Assembly (NCBI GenBank): GCA_964658305.1
Contig: OZ210885.1
Coordinates: forward strand, 23,312,001 to 23,376,000
Reading direction: 5' to 3'
From: Leptogorgia sarmentosa
Lineage: Eukaryota
DNA: 64,000 nucleotides
The position numbers were made by a program, and so were the translations under genes. How positions within the stretch are numbered: the first letter of the stretch is position 1; each line of letters begins with the position of its first letter. The notes below the pieces were generated by a model. That model was not told where the DNA came from. It saw only the letters and a program-made list of their open reading frames with translations, and made no database searches. This document shows positions 37,620 to 48,535 of the stretch, piece by piece.

Positions 37620-40013
37620 TGGCGTATATGCTGGCGGTCCTAACTTAGTTAACTGCGGCAATAATCAACGCACGGAAGGTATATCTATGTATCTGTTTCA
37701 TAACGCAGAAACAGATGCACAGCACCAAAAAAAGTGGGAAAATTTCGTCCGCAAACAAAGACCAGGCTTTAATGCTACTTCAGCCTCGTGTCTTTGTTCT
37801 ACCCACTTTGACAATTCATGCTTCGACGTGAATCGTACTTTGGCTAAAGAACTTAACATGCAGCAAAGGCTGAAGAAAGATGCTGTTTCTAGCATTGACG
37901 TGGCTGGTATTGTTACCTCGTCTGAAGAGCAGCCAACAGACAGAAGGCAGGTTAGTGTTGTAACATGCGTCCTTCACACACAGACGCACAAGGCTATATT
38001 GTGAATTTTAATATGTTGCGCTCAGGATGTAAATGAAGATGTTTTTTTATTTTTATTCTAAAGATAATTCGATGTAGTAAAAGATCTCCTCTGAAGATCT
38101 CTTCTCCGGCGAAACCCAAAGTTGACGAACCTTCAACAAGTGCTGAGGCTTTGGATGATTCAGTGCATGACTGTTCCGTCATGTCATGCGATAGTATCGA
38201 TATAGCTGATATTTCCGAATCAGATGGTTCTTGTGCCTCGTGTATTCGGTTGAAGAAGAAAATCGCATCCCTGCAAAAGACTCTGAGTTGGTACAAAATT
38301 ACCAAAGCGCATTTGAAGAAAAAACTGCTATGACGGGAAGCAGAAAATAAGGATCAAGTTGTTGAGGTGCGCCCAACAAAGTTGAATGATTCGGACAGCG
38401 ATTTGGAATCTCAGGAGGAGTGTTTCGATAAAAATTATGCTAGCTCGATGGATTACTCATCTCTTGAAGAATCGAGCCATTCCGCTGTGGAGATGGACCA
38501 ACCTGTCACGAGAAATACTGTGTGGTGAGTAAAGTCCAGAAAACTCTCAAAATTATTCAATTCAGAACTGCATAACAGTATTTATTTAACTCTCTATCAT
38601 AGTGTTGGAGAGGGAACCGGACCATTCGACGAGCCAATGTTTCTGGTGTTTCACAGCTCTTTGCTTCAACTATTGGGGATGTTCTGTTTTAATTGCAAGG
38701 CTGAAAGTCCAAAGGTTCAGGTGAAGAAAAACAGGTCTATGGCTATTGTAGAACAGACATGTAGTAAATGCCTCAAGGATAACTTTACATGGAGGAGCCA
38801 ACCATTTGTTTTTGGAAAATATCCTGCTGGAAACATATTGACAAGCTTTGGTATCTTGATGTCTGGAATTAACATTAGTCAAGCTATGTTGATGTTCGGG
38901 CACATGAACCTTGCTACAAGATGTAAAGAACCTTGAAGATGTAAAGAACGGTAAAGAATCACAGACTTGGTCAGGAGATGGTCACTTTGATTCTATGGGT
39001 CATAGCGCTAAGTATGGCGTCTACACCATGTGGAGCAATACTATGTCAAAACTTGTTCATTTTGAGTTACTTCAGGTAAGAGAAACTAATATGCAACAAA
39101 TAGAAGTTTTCTCAGAAGTCACATTACAATAGCTGGCAAATGACCCAGAAGGTCTACCACAGCATTATATTAATTTTTCAGCCAAATGAGGTAGGCAGCA
39201 GCAACGCCATGGAACTGGAAGGTGCAAAACGTTCATTCAAGTTTCTCAAGGAGTCCGGTCTAAAGATGGAAGTCTTTATTAGTGATCGACATAAGGGATT
39301 GCTAAGTGGATAAGGGAGAAAGAAAAAGAAAAAGAGACAAAACATTATAATGACATCTGGCATGTTAACAAGAGTATAAACAAGCAACTTAGGAAAGCTG
39401 GTGAGGAAAAGGGATGTGAAATTATCAATGATTGGCTCAAAGGTGTCCGCAGGCATCTATACTGGAGTGCTCAAACAACTGTCCCAGGCTTTGGTGATCT
39501 TATTGTTGCTAAGTGGAAATCAACTGTTCGCCATATGGCTGGCAAGCATGAAGATCATCCTGATCCTTTGTTCACATCTTGTGCTCATGGAGAAATAGAA
39601 GAACGGAAATGGATACCCATTGGTAATTTAAACAATATTGTCATTACTTGCACATGTTATATATTACTTGTTGTACTAGGTACTCTACCCTGTCTTATAT
39701 GTATGAGAAACAGGTAACTAAAATAAATTATTGTTTAGGAACTGCTGCATATGACAAAATTTGCTCCATATTGTTGAAACCTACCATTCTGAAGGACATT
39801 GCTAAGTTATCACCAGATGCTCAAACCAGCTGCCTTGAAGGGTTTCACTCCACCCTCAACCACTGGCACCCCAAAATGACCCACTTTTCATGGATAGGCA
39901 CCTTCTGCAGGTGAGCATTTTCCAAAAATTGAATCCCATATAGGCATGTTCAAATTAGTGTTCATCCATTTAATTTGTTCTTGTAATTGATCTGTCATTT
40001 ACAGGCATATTAT
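37620..40013 (+). pseudogene. THAP-domain Kolobok DDE transposase, multi-exon, 3'-truncated by the IS3EU unit 2 insertion
   Basis: THAP motifs (W..FVR..LCSTHF..LKKDAV), GDGHFDSMGHSAKYG, SDRHKG, DIWH and QTSCLEGFHS, with GT-AG introns. Confidence 0.85.
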
Positions 40014-40364
40014 TATGGAAGCCGTGAAGGGACTTCGGACTTCGGACTTCAGAATTCGGACTTTGTGATCATTACGTCACAATTCAACAGTTGAACTAAT
40101 AAATTCTGCAATATCATCATGAATTTGAGAGACACTCCTGTTGTGACTATTCAATTAGATATCGTGCCCATGATAGCAGACTTCGGACTTCAGACTTCGG
40201 ACTTTCAACTTCTGCAGACTTTGGATCGTGCTATTGAAGAAAGCTTCCTTGCTTTGTGGTTGTTGTTAAAATGCTACTGGTAAGTTTATGTCATTTTGGG
40301 ACTTTTTAAGCCCTAAAAACTTACTGAACATTCTGGTTTCTTACAGGTTTCGTTTTGTGTGTTG

Positions 40365-41755
40365 CTTTTACTAACACCAGATCATTTAATTAAGGATTAC
40401 TTTCACCAAGGCTTATCTTACGCTGAAATTGTGTTCACGTTACTCAAGATTCATGGTGTTTCATTGTGTGTTAGGCAACTTAAAAGGATTCTTGCTCGCT
40501 TAGGACTAAAACGTAGATTCAACGATAATGATTCCTCACCATTAGAAGAAATTGTAGAAATTATTATGAAGGAGATTGAGACCAGTGGGAAGTGCATTGG
40601 GTACCGCACGATGTGGAGAAGACTGCTGAGGCGTTATATTATAAATTTGAAGATGGCATGCAAGACTACATAATTAAGTATAATAATTTATTTTAAAACT
40701 GTTTAACCAGGCTATACGAAATACCATCATTTAAGATTTTCGACCATAGAAATTCTCTATATTAGAATGACAGAATGTTTGCAGTTTTAGTTGCAACATG
40801 AATTAGAAAGTCATGAAGCGAATAATTAAGAAAATGACAACAAAAATATCTTTTAATTAACACAATCTAAAAACCAACTTAACATTATTTTTTAAAAGTT
40901 TGTAGTTTACACCACATAATTTTATTTCATCATTGTAATAAAAAAAATATGTGGTGTAAACTACAAACTTTAAAAAATCATCATGCAAACTTTCAAAGAA
41001 TTAATTACTGCTTACAATGGCAGCTTTCATATTTTAAAATATCAAGGACTATAACAACCAAACAGTCTTTTGTATATTGTAAGGTTTCTTCGACGAACAA
41101 TGATCCAGCTGTTATTGCTGGTTACTATTTGGATTGCATCGAGCGTCTTGGTATTGTACCAAAAATATTGCGTTGCGATCTGGGAAAAGAAAACACTAAT
41201 CTTGCGTTTTTGCAACCACTTTTTCGGCACAAATGTCATGATAGCTTGGCAGGAAGTAAGAGCTTTATGTATGGTAAAAGCACAAGTAATCAACGCATAG
41301 AAGCGTGGTGGAGCATTCTTCGGAAACAGTGCACAGACTGGTGGATTTGGCTTTTTAAGGATTTAAGAGACAGAGGGCTGTACAATGGTTGCGATCCGGT
41401 TCACAATCAATTGATTAAATTTTGCTTCATGGATATATTGCAAAATGAATTGCAGCGTTGTCGCAGCTGAATGGAATCTACATCCAATAAGAAGAAATGG
41501 AAGCAACAATAATTCTTATGGAAAACCTGATGTCATGTATTTTACACCAGAATTGCAAAACACGCATGATTATGGATTCCAAGCAAATCTTGAGGACATA
41601 GCAATGTGCAAGGAGTTGTATGCTAAAGGAAAGCCCAACGATTACGAGTAAGAATTTTTTGAATTAATGCAGCTATTAAAGCCAAACCTAACTGTCCCAA
41701 CTAATTCAAGAGATGCTGTTGATCTTTACATTAGCCTTATTCGTGATATAGAATA
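40365..41755 (+). pseudogene. rve/IS3-like transposase of unit 2 (Clr5-like HTH + integrase core), partly deleted
   Basis: IKDYFHQGLSYAEI..LKRIL..LGL.RR, GYRTMW, TNNDP..YYL, LRCDLGKEN, YGKSTSNQRIEAWW and WNLHPIR..GKPDVMY. The first catalytic Asp region is replaced by AT-rich DNA (about 40660-41080). Confidence 0.8.
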
Positions 41756-42064
41756 GATGGATGTAGGAATATCAGGTAACTAAAAAAACACTATCTACAG
41801 AAACATTAACACATTGTCTACAGCTGTTGGTTAATGCATGGTTAATTGGAAATCTGTATATCTGTTTGATCATGCGTTTAATACCCTACTAAAATTGAAC
41901 AATGCCACAAACTGAAAGCAGAACTGGATTTGTACAGCAAATTTTTCCAACATTCTTTTTTTATTGTATCTCATTGATAGAAGTAGTCCTATACTGCTAC
42001 TGGAGTATGTGTAAAGATTATAAAAAACAACTCAACATATGTTTTCAATTCATGTCTTACATGT

Positions 42065-43933
42065 TCAGGTCATGCAGCTGGCACCATTATGATACACATT
42101 AATCAAATCCATTGCAGAAGGTCTGAGCGAAGGGTTGTAATGGAAGCATTTTCGGATGATTTCCTTTACATTGCTCTCAGTAACAATTTCTAAGTGAGGA
42201 GGGCAGTCTTGATTCCGTAGCTTTCTTTTTAAGGCATTGTCAGGCGTATTATCTTCCGTAATTTCGTATAATTCCCAACACTCCTTTCCAGTATAGAGTT
42301 CAAGTAAAGTGCAAGCCAAAGACCAGATATCAGAGTGAACAGTCGCTTTTTGGTTTTGCAAAAGACATTCTGGTGCCATATATGATGGTGTTCCAGGAAT
42401 TCCTGAAGTTGTTTTAGTCATGGTTTGAAATTCTTTCAACTTACTTATTCCCATATCGCATAGTTTTGCGACGCCACTTTGTTGAGAAAACAGGACGTTT
42501 GCCGGCTTAATATCTCTGTGTATAACCGGTGGTACTAACGCATGCAGGTAAGCTACAGCTTGTACACAATTTTTTCCAATGTACTCTCTCAGTTCAGGTG
42601 TAATAGTAATGTTGGGCTGGGAATCAATTTCGAAAAAGAGCAATTCCTCAAGATTAGGACCATCGACCAGCTCAGAGATGATGTATAGTTCATTTTTTTC
42701 TATTGAAATAGCCATGATTTGCACGACATTTGGATGTCGTAGTCTGCTGTGAATTTGAACCTCCTTCTTCAATACAGACTCCATCATAGATGCTTTTCTA
42801 CATTTTATCCGTTTCACAGCAACTGAAGTTCCAGCCCATGAACCTTCGAATACTGTCCCAAAGGTTCCTCTTCCGATTTCATTGTTAAGGTTCAAATTGA
42901 AATCTGACTTTTGAATCACAGGAAGTGTGGGTTGATAATGATCTGCATTCGCTTTGCCCAGTTCAGTTGTGTTGGATTCTGATTTTGATTTTTTGATGGA
43001 TGTTGCAGCATTATCACCAGTCTTTTCCGAAAAGTCAAACTGATTAGAGAATTTAGCAACTTCTCTGACAAGAACAGGCTGGGTTGTTTCAGAATCCACG
43101 CCATGATAAACAGTAACTGCGTATCTACCCGGACTACGAATAGGAATAAAGCAGCAGTTTTGGCCTGTTTTAATTTCAGTATCGTCTTTATGCCAAGAGT
43201 AAGTAGTACCATCAGACATATGCTTTGATGAAACAACACCAATTATCAATTCGCCAGAATCAAAACCCCATATTTCGTTTGGCTCATGAACTATAAGTTT
43301 ATGTTTCAATTCTTCCTCGGCGTTAGGATAGTGGTATATTCCTCTGGTGTTTCCTGCCTTGTCTAAGCATAAATTGATTTGCTGCAGGAAGCAGACATTA
43401 TCTTTTTCAATACCAACCACTCTAAAACCTTCGTCTAAAGGATTGTATTCTTCTGGCGTTTCCATAAGAGTATGATCAATCATGCATGATGCTTCATAAC
43501 AATTGGACCTGGTTACACACTGATGCCGACTTATTACCTCGGAATACGATGATTCTACAAATCTTTCGTATAGAACAGAAATGTTGTGTTGTTCATATTC
43601 TCGATCTGAACTCAGTGGTTTCCCTGTGGAATCGCAAACTGTGTATAGACGTTCTGCAGGTTTGTCCTTTGTACATGATGGCGCTGGTATGCTTTCGGCG
43701 AGTGGCTTCGCGAACTGTAATTCTGTAACCGATCCAACACTGCCATCTTCTGTCTCTTCCTCACTTTCTTCTTCGCTATCACATTTTCCCGATGTCATTA
43801 GGTAAACATAGCATCTACTCGCAAACAGGCCGTGTGATTTTAGATATGTGAAGAAATCGCATTCCAGGTCAGTAAAGCATTGTAATGTTTCCTGTGAAAA
43901 ATTACCAAGGCTACAGTTCATAAGATAGAGCAA
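42065..43933 (-). CDS. Intronless Ser/Thr (TKL-like) protein kinase with an Ig-like segment, cargo of unit 2; the N-terminus extends to about 44105 through a frameshift
   Basis: 622-aa open frame with IGRGTFGTV, VAVK, HRDIKPAN, CDMG, GTPSYMAPE, DIWS and RPSA. Ig-like YSWHKDD..GRYAVTV. Upstream CIGWLH..KQVRFKEGGGIR..LFFPGGNSKKG segment. Confidence 0.85.
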   Translation of the reverse strand: MLYLMNCSLGNFSQETLQCFTDLECDFFTYLKSHGLFASRCYVYLMTSGKCDSEEESEEETEDGSVGSVTELQFAKPLAESIPAPSCTKDKPAERLYTVCDSTGKPLSSDREYEQHNISVLYERFVESSYSEVISRHQCVTRSNCYEASCMIDHTLMETPEEYNPLDEGFRVVGIEKDNVCFLQQINLCLDKAGNTRGIYHYPNAEEELKHKLIVHEPNEIWGFDSGELIIGVVSSKHMSDGTTYSWHKDDTEIKTGQNCCFIPIRSPGRYAVTVYHGVDSETTQPVLVREVAKFSNQFDFSEKTGDNAATSIKKSKSESNTTELGKANADHYQPTLPVIQKSDFNLNLNNEIGRGTFGTVFEGSWAGTSVAVKRIKCRKASMMESVLKKEVQIHSRLRHPNVVQIMAISIEKNELYIISELVDGPNLEELLFFEIDSQPNITITPELREYIGKNCVQAVAYLHALVPPVIHRDIKPANVLFSQQSGVAKLCDMGISKLKEFQTMTKTTSGIPGTPSYMAPECLLQNQKATVHSDIWSLACTLLELYTGKECWELYEITEDNTPDNALKRKLRNQDCPPHLEIVTESNVKEIIRKCFHYNPSLRPSAMDLINVYHNGASCMT

Positions 43934-45451
43934 GCCCTTCTTGCTGTTTCCACCAGGAAAAAAGAGTTTTTCCCCTTTTCAATTAACGAGTCTACAGAAA
44001 TATTTTCGTCTTCTGTTATCAAAATATCTCTGATTCCTCCACCTTCTTTGAATCGCACTTGTTTATACTTCCCGCAACTTTTGTGGAGCCATCCAATACA
44101 AATTTTTCAAAATTATGCTGGACCATCATGATAAGCCGAAGCTTTTTAAAGGCTTAAAGCTTTTGGAAAGGCGAAAATAAAGACAAGATCTATGCTGTAG
44201 GACTTGAAAAGCCTTCTCAGAAGATATAAAACGCTGAGAAAGGGGCACAAACGACTACGGATTGAAACACAAGATAAGTTCGTCAATATGTTGCTGGCAG
44301 TGAACATTTGTTTTGCGTATTTAGTACTATTTACTATCTACAATCTACTATTTGCATGAAACGTCCCCGTAGCCGCATTTAATCTATTCACAGCTCAATT
44401 CCAGAGTATAAGTTTATCGTTTTAAAGGCAAGACTTCACAAAATATTTACAAACTTTACCCCAAAAGAACACGAGCGAACAGTGGCTGGAAATTGTTTCA
44501 TATCAAAGACTGACTTGTATATTTTATATTTAAAACGTTTTGTACAAATAAATGTAGTATTTCGCACCAAATTCAAGTTCATATTAGTCTTAATAACGTA
44601 TGGATAACAAATGGTTCTCGAAATTTAAAAAAAATGCCAATAAAACAAAGATAAAAGCTGATATTTGACAGTTTTCAAAAAATACAGAAATATGAATTCC
44701 GATCGTGTTGCCATGACAACAACCTCAGGCAACCTTTGAAGTACTTCATGTTCCAAAAATATAATTGCATTAATTGGTTAGTAAGGCAAGGGGTTGCTGC
44801 ATGTATGTATTTCTAGTATATACAATTTATTTTCTATATAATTTGACATTTGTGTTCTACTTTCGAAATAAACAAAATATCTATGCGAAGAATTTTGGTT
44901 CCGCTGAACTAGAAAGTGTTTCAACATTTGTAAAATAACAATAGCATAGTAATTATTCATACAGTTTTTATTACCTTTTGAGCTTCCAATTTTTGGAAAA
45001 TCGCATTCTCAATCCCAATCTTTTCTAGAATGTCCAGTACCTTTTGAAACAAGTTTATTGTTTTAACTGCATTGCAGTATACCATTGGTATACGATACGA
45101 TAGACTATAAACACACTAGGAGTTTATCATTTCCGTTTATTATTTGTAATTTAAATACAAAATCCTAATAGGAATTATAAGAAAATAAATGTACAGAATT
45201 TTCATGCACAATTGGTATGCAATATATTATGTATATCCATGAAATTGGTATGCGATACGTCTATAATATGAGTTAGGAATCATCCAATAAAACTTTAGTC
45301 TTTGGCCTGTTCCAGTAACAAAAAGAATATTACCGAGTTCAAACTATCCTTAGACTGAGACAAATGCGCAATAAATAATCTGCTTCTCATGTTGGAGTTA
45401 TTTAGCATATTACAATTACATTAACATAAACAACGCAAATAAGCAGAACAT

Positions 45452-45700
45452 ACCACTGTTCAATAGTGACTGTGCCATCGCTTCTAGCTTCCAATATTCA
45501 CAGCAATATACCATCAGGATCTTCTACAACTTCTATATTTCCCCCTGGTTCTTGCAAAGGTTCGTCATCTTAGATATAGTTGTGCGATGCTACGTGCAAA
45601 GAGACCGAAATGTGTCTTACTGTTTTCTGGTGAGCCGATACTGCTATTCCGCTCATTACTGGACATGTTTGCTCTGCATATTCTTACAATTATATAACGT
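45452..45700 (-). pseudogene. First exon remnant of the Kolobok accessory gene (KolX / P2RX7-C-like)
   Basis: DDEPLQEP..VEDPDG..ILEARSDGTVTIEQW followed by a GT donor, antisense to the transposase and near the right TIR. Confidence 0.45.
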
Positions 45701-45918
45701 TTATCATAAGTTCAGAAAACTTTTACATTCCGAAAAAAAATCGAGAAAAGATCACGGACAATACCGCAAACGCAATAGAATCTATAGACAAAGCTTCAAG
45801 ACGTGTTCATCTTATGACGTCACACACGCCAATATGGCAGATCAGAAAGTTCAGATGCGAAGTCGCACTTTGAGGGCAAAATTAGTCGGCTTGCGGTCAA
45901 CGTACAGTGCTCATTTAT

Positions 45919-46183
45919 GGTCAACACTAGATCATGGTGACCTTACGCACACACCCGCATCTGCTGTATATTCATGTCAGCGGTGATAGAAATTTCTATT
46001 GGCGTATTCACAAAATAAACCAGTCCCAAGCCATAAATCTGACCCTAACCTTTGGCTATGGTTTGGGACTGGTTTATTTTGTTTTATTTTGTGAATACGC
46101 CAATAGAAATTTTTATCACCGCTGACGTGAATGTACAGCAGTCACGAATATGTGCATAAGGTCACCATGATCTAGTGCCGACC
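45919..46183. mobile_element. Long-TIR MITE family, copy 3 (inside Kolobok)
   Basis: Same TIRs as copies 1 and 2. Flanks CTCATTTAT and ATCATTTAT match at 8 of 9 positions. Confidence 0.8.
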
Positions 46184-46341
46184 ATCATTTATATATCAAA
46201 GTTCATCTAAAATCCTAAATATTGTTTAAAGCGGAAAAAAAAAGGGTCGAAAATTTCGTCTCAGTAGCACTTTAAGCAGGTGATTTTGAAAGCATGTACT
46301 GTTCTTAAATAGCATGTGACAATTACTGCATTCAATCTTAA

Positions 46342-47931
46342 AGTGTATATGAAATGAAAATTTCGAATTTTTTTTTTTACATGATCTGAAAATTCCATCT
46401 TTCCCGAGCATTTTGATACCAATCTTGTAGAAAATTTCGAACGAGAAGTTTGTGAATTTTACGTTCAAAGTTGGGCTATAAGACATTTTACCTGATGATG
46501 GACTGGTACCGAAAATCCCGGCCTTGTGACGTATGCAGTGTGACACACCGTAGTAAGACATATAATAAATACCAACAAAATTCACCGATCACAAGACATT
46601 AGCTTGTATATTTCTTCTTCTAAATGCGAAACGTGTTCAGTAATGGAAGATTTTAATCTCAGAGAGATACAGAACAAGCAACAAATAACAAGGACGTTGT
46701 TAAACCATCGTCTGTTGTACAATATACAGGTAGAGCCAGTTGCGGTATTAAAACTATAAGGTAGACAAAACCACAACAAAATTGGTGGTCTATATTTTGC
46801 GGAATAACCTTTGAAGTGAGAAAGTAATGCTATGGAGAGAGATTCTTGATTTTTGAATGCATGGCCAAAAATTATACGCAATGGGTATATCGTCTCATGA
46901 CGGACCCAGCAGATACGAACAAGGTATAAAATACAGCTGACTGCAGTCAGTGCAGGCCAAAGGCTTTTATACCTGATAAGACAGGGGGAATTATCTTGAA
47001 CCAAAAAGCAAACGTGCGATTCCAAGACTTGTATTCTATCAGGGTTGTATTCTATTGTTCAGATTATTGTGGTATTACCTGTATTCTGAATTTTAATAAA
47101 GATAGACAATGTACCAGCTTGGTTAATCGTTTCGCGGACTGGCCGTGTTCCATTGGCAACTGCCCTTTTTGTATTCCAGCGGCAAAGGAAGAAATTGCGC
47201 GCATGCATTAAATAGGATATATACGGCAGGTTTCAGCAACCGCAAATAGATGAAATCATAACACAAATGAAAGCTAACCTGAAGCATTTAAACTATTTTA
47301 ATATGTCGTGCGGCAAACTGAGGTACTCATATTTCCTAGGTGTATATGTGGTATATTGTGTTCCGGTATACTTTTCGCTTACTTTGATTTTGTTTTGCCT
47401 CTTCAGTCTAGTACACAGACTGTATAAATCTTAATTGTATCCAGTTGTCTGGAATAACCCTTTTTTTATCAAAAATATTCACCATAAGCCACAAATAAGA
47501 CCTCAACAGCTAAATTATGTTGAACTGTATAAGCGCAACCTACGATTGCTTTCGTATTTCTGCAGCCCATTTACATGGCTTGTCGTATTCTTATCGTTAC
47601 TTGAGCCATAGAATCGCATATACTCAACACAGATTTGTCTGAATTTTCCTCAACTATAAGAAAATCCAAGTTTTACGCAGTTGAGGCAGCATTGTTTATA
47701 GTATTTACATATAGGAAAAGCGCACTGTGTCACACTACATACGTCATAACGACCTTTTGGACGCGCAGGAATTTCATCAGGTAACATGTCTCACAGCCCA
47801 ACTTCGAACATAAAATTCGCAAACTTCTGGTTCGAAGTTTTCAACAAGATTGGTATTAATATGCTTGCAAAAGATGAAATTTTCAGATTATGTAAGAAAA
47901 TTTTTTTCGAAATTTTCATTTCATATACACT
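46342..47931. mobile_element. Non-autonomous TTAA-targeting element (Kolobok-like)
   Basis: TTAA TSD (46338-46341 and 47932-47935). TIR AGTGTATATGAAATGAAAATTTCGAA extends imperfectly to about 60 bp. Confidence 0.85.
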
Positions 47932-48304
47932 TTAAAGTCATTCTCCTCAGTACAATTTGTAGCTGAAAAGCAATTTAGGCAGGTCAACACAGTTTTACAC
48001 ACATGCGAATCAGAAAATATGTAAGGACCATAGTATTTCATGCACTTAAAACAAAATGTTGTCAAGTTCATTTCAGAAAAAACTCTTGGCGATAATATTA
48101 AGTCGTAATGATTGTCGTTTAGCCATAAAAAGATAACGTCATTTGTTAGACACATCAAATTATTGCAATCCGATCGAAGGGTATTCCCTTAAGGACCATA
48201 ACGCAAGAAAATGACCATCTCGAAATACCGGATGTATATAAAACACTTATCGGCTAATTAACTCTGAACCTATATATATTGTTCAGTTTTGAACCTAGTT
48301 AACT

Positions 48305-48349
48305 TTTTAACTGACGAAGACCTAAGTCGCTGGTCGAAACGTCTTGAGA
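48305..48349 (+). ncRNA. Minimal type I hammerhead ribozyme motif in a Penelope-like terminal-repeat remnant
   Basis: TTTTAA-CTGACGA-A-GACC-loop-GGTC-GAAA-C-GTC-TTGAGA: both core boxes, a 4-bp stem II, stem I with G-U pairs and a GUC site. AATAAA follows. Confidence 0.6.
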
Positions 48350-48535
48350 TCTTTTCAATAAACATAGTTTTAACGTCTTTTCATCTTAATAATATATATA
48401 TAATATATTTATTGTTTATTTATATATATATACAGGGGGTGGACAAAAAAAAGGGGCCCCCAGAACAATTCGGTTTATAAGCGGCAAGCTCCACAACCTT
48501 GCAGATTTAAAGAGGATTTAAATTTTGAGATTTAA

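Larger units (their letters stand above)
40014..44400 (+). mobile_element. IS3EU-type transposon (unit 2) with kinase cargo; right end not found
   Basis: Starts TATGGAAGCCGTGAAGGG exactly where the Kolobok exon breaks. Subterminal GACTTC(G/A) heptamer arrays at about 40030-40062 and 40179-40204. The right boundary is approximate. Confidence 0.65.
37420..46271 (+). mobile_element. Kolobok DNA transposon
   Basis: TTAA TSD (37416-37419 and 46272-46275). 28-bp TIR AGTGCTACTGA(A/G)ACGAAATTTTCGACCC with one mismatch. Subterminal inverted repeat TGTGTGACGTCATAAGATGAACACG at about 37586 and 45802. Confidence 0.9.
36735..48160 (-). pseudogene. Polinton protein-primed DNA polymerase B (N-terminal Cys-rich and exonuclease part), split into three pieces
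   Basis: Pieces: 47936-48160 (FLWLNDNHYDLI..FCFKC..HVC), 46276-46337 (IECSNC..CFQNHL) and 36735-37415 (CKKC..HDCG..CFHC..HHCY, LYFFDFET, WIAHNGGRFD, IIDSYLFL..LAKFP). Removing both TTAA elements rejoins NDFK|IEC and NHLL|NRIFKG in frame. Confidence 0.85.

Noticed and set aside
44400..45500. GCTTCCA matches as the right TIR of IS3EU unit 2
   Set aside because: The matches are too short, lack the CCCTTCAC extension, and have no TATTAT TSD.
46490..46525. CTGATGA...GAAA, a possible second hammerhead
   Set aside because: Stem II is only about 2 bp and there is no convincing stem I pairing.
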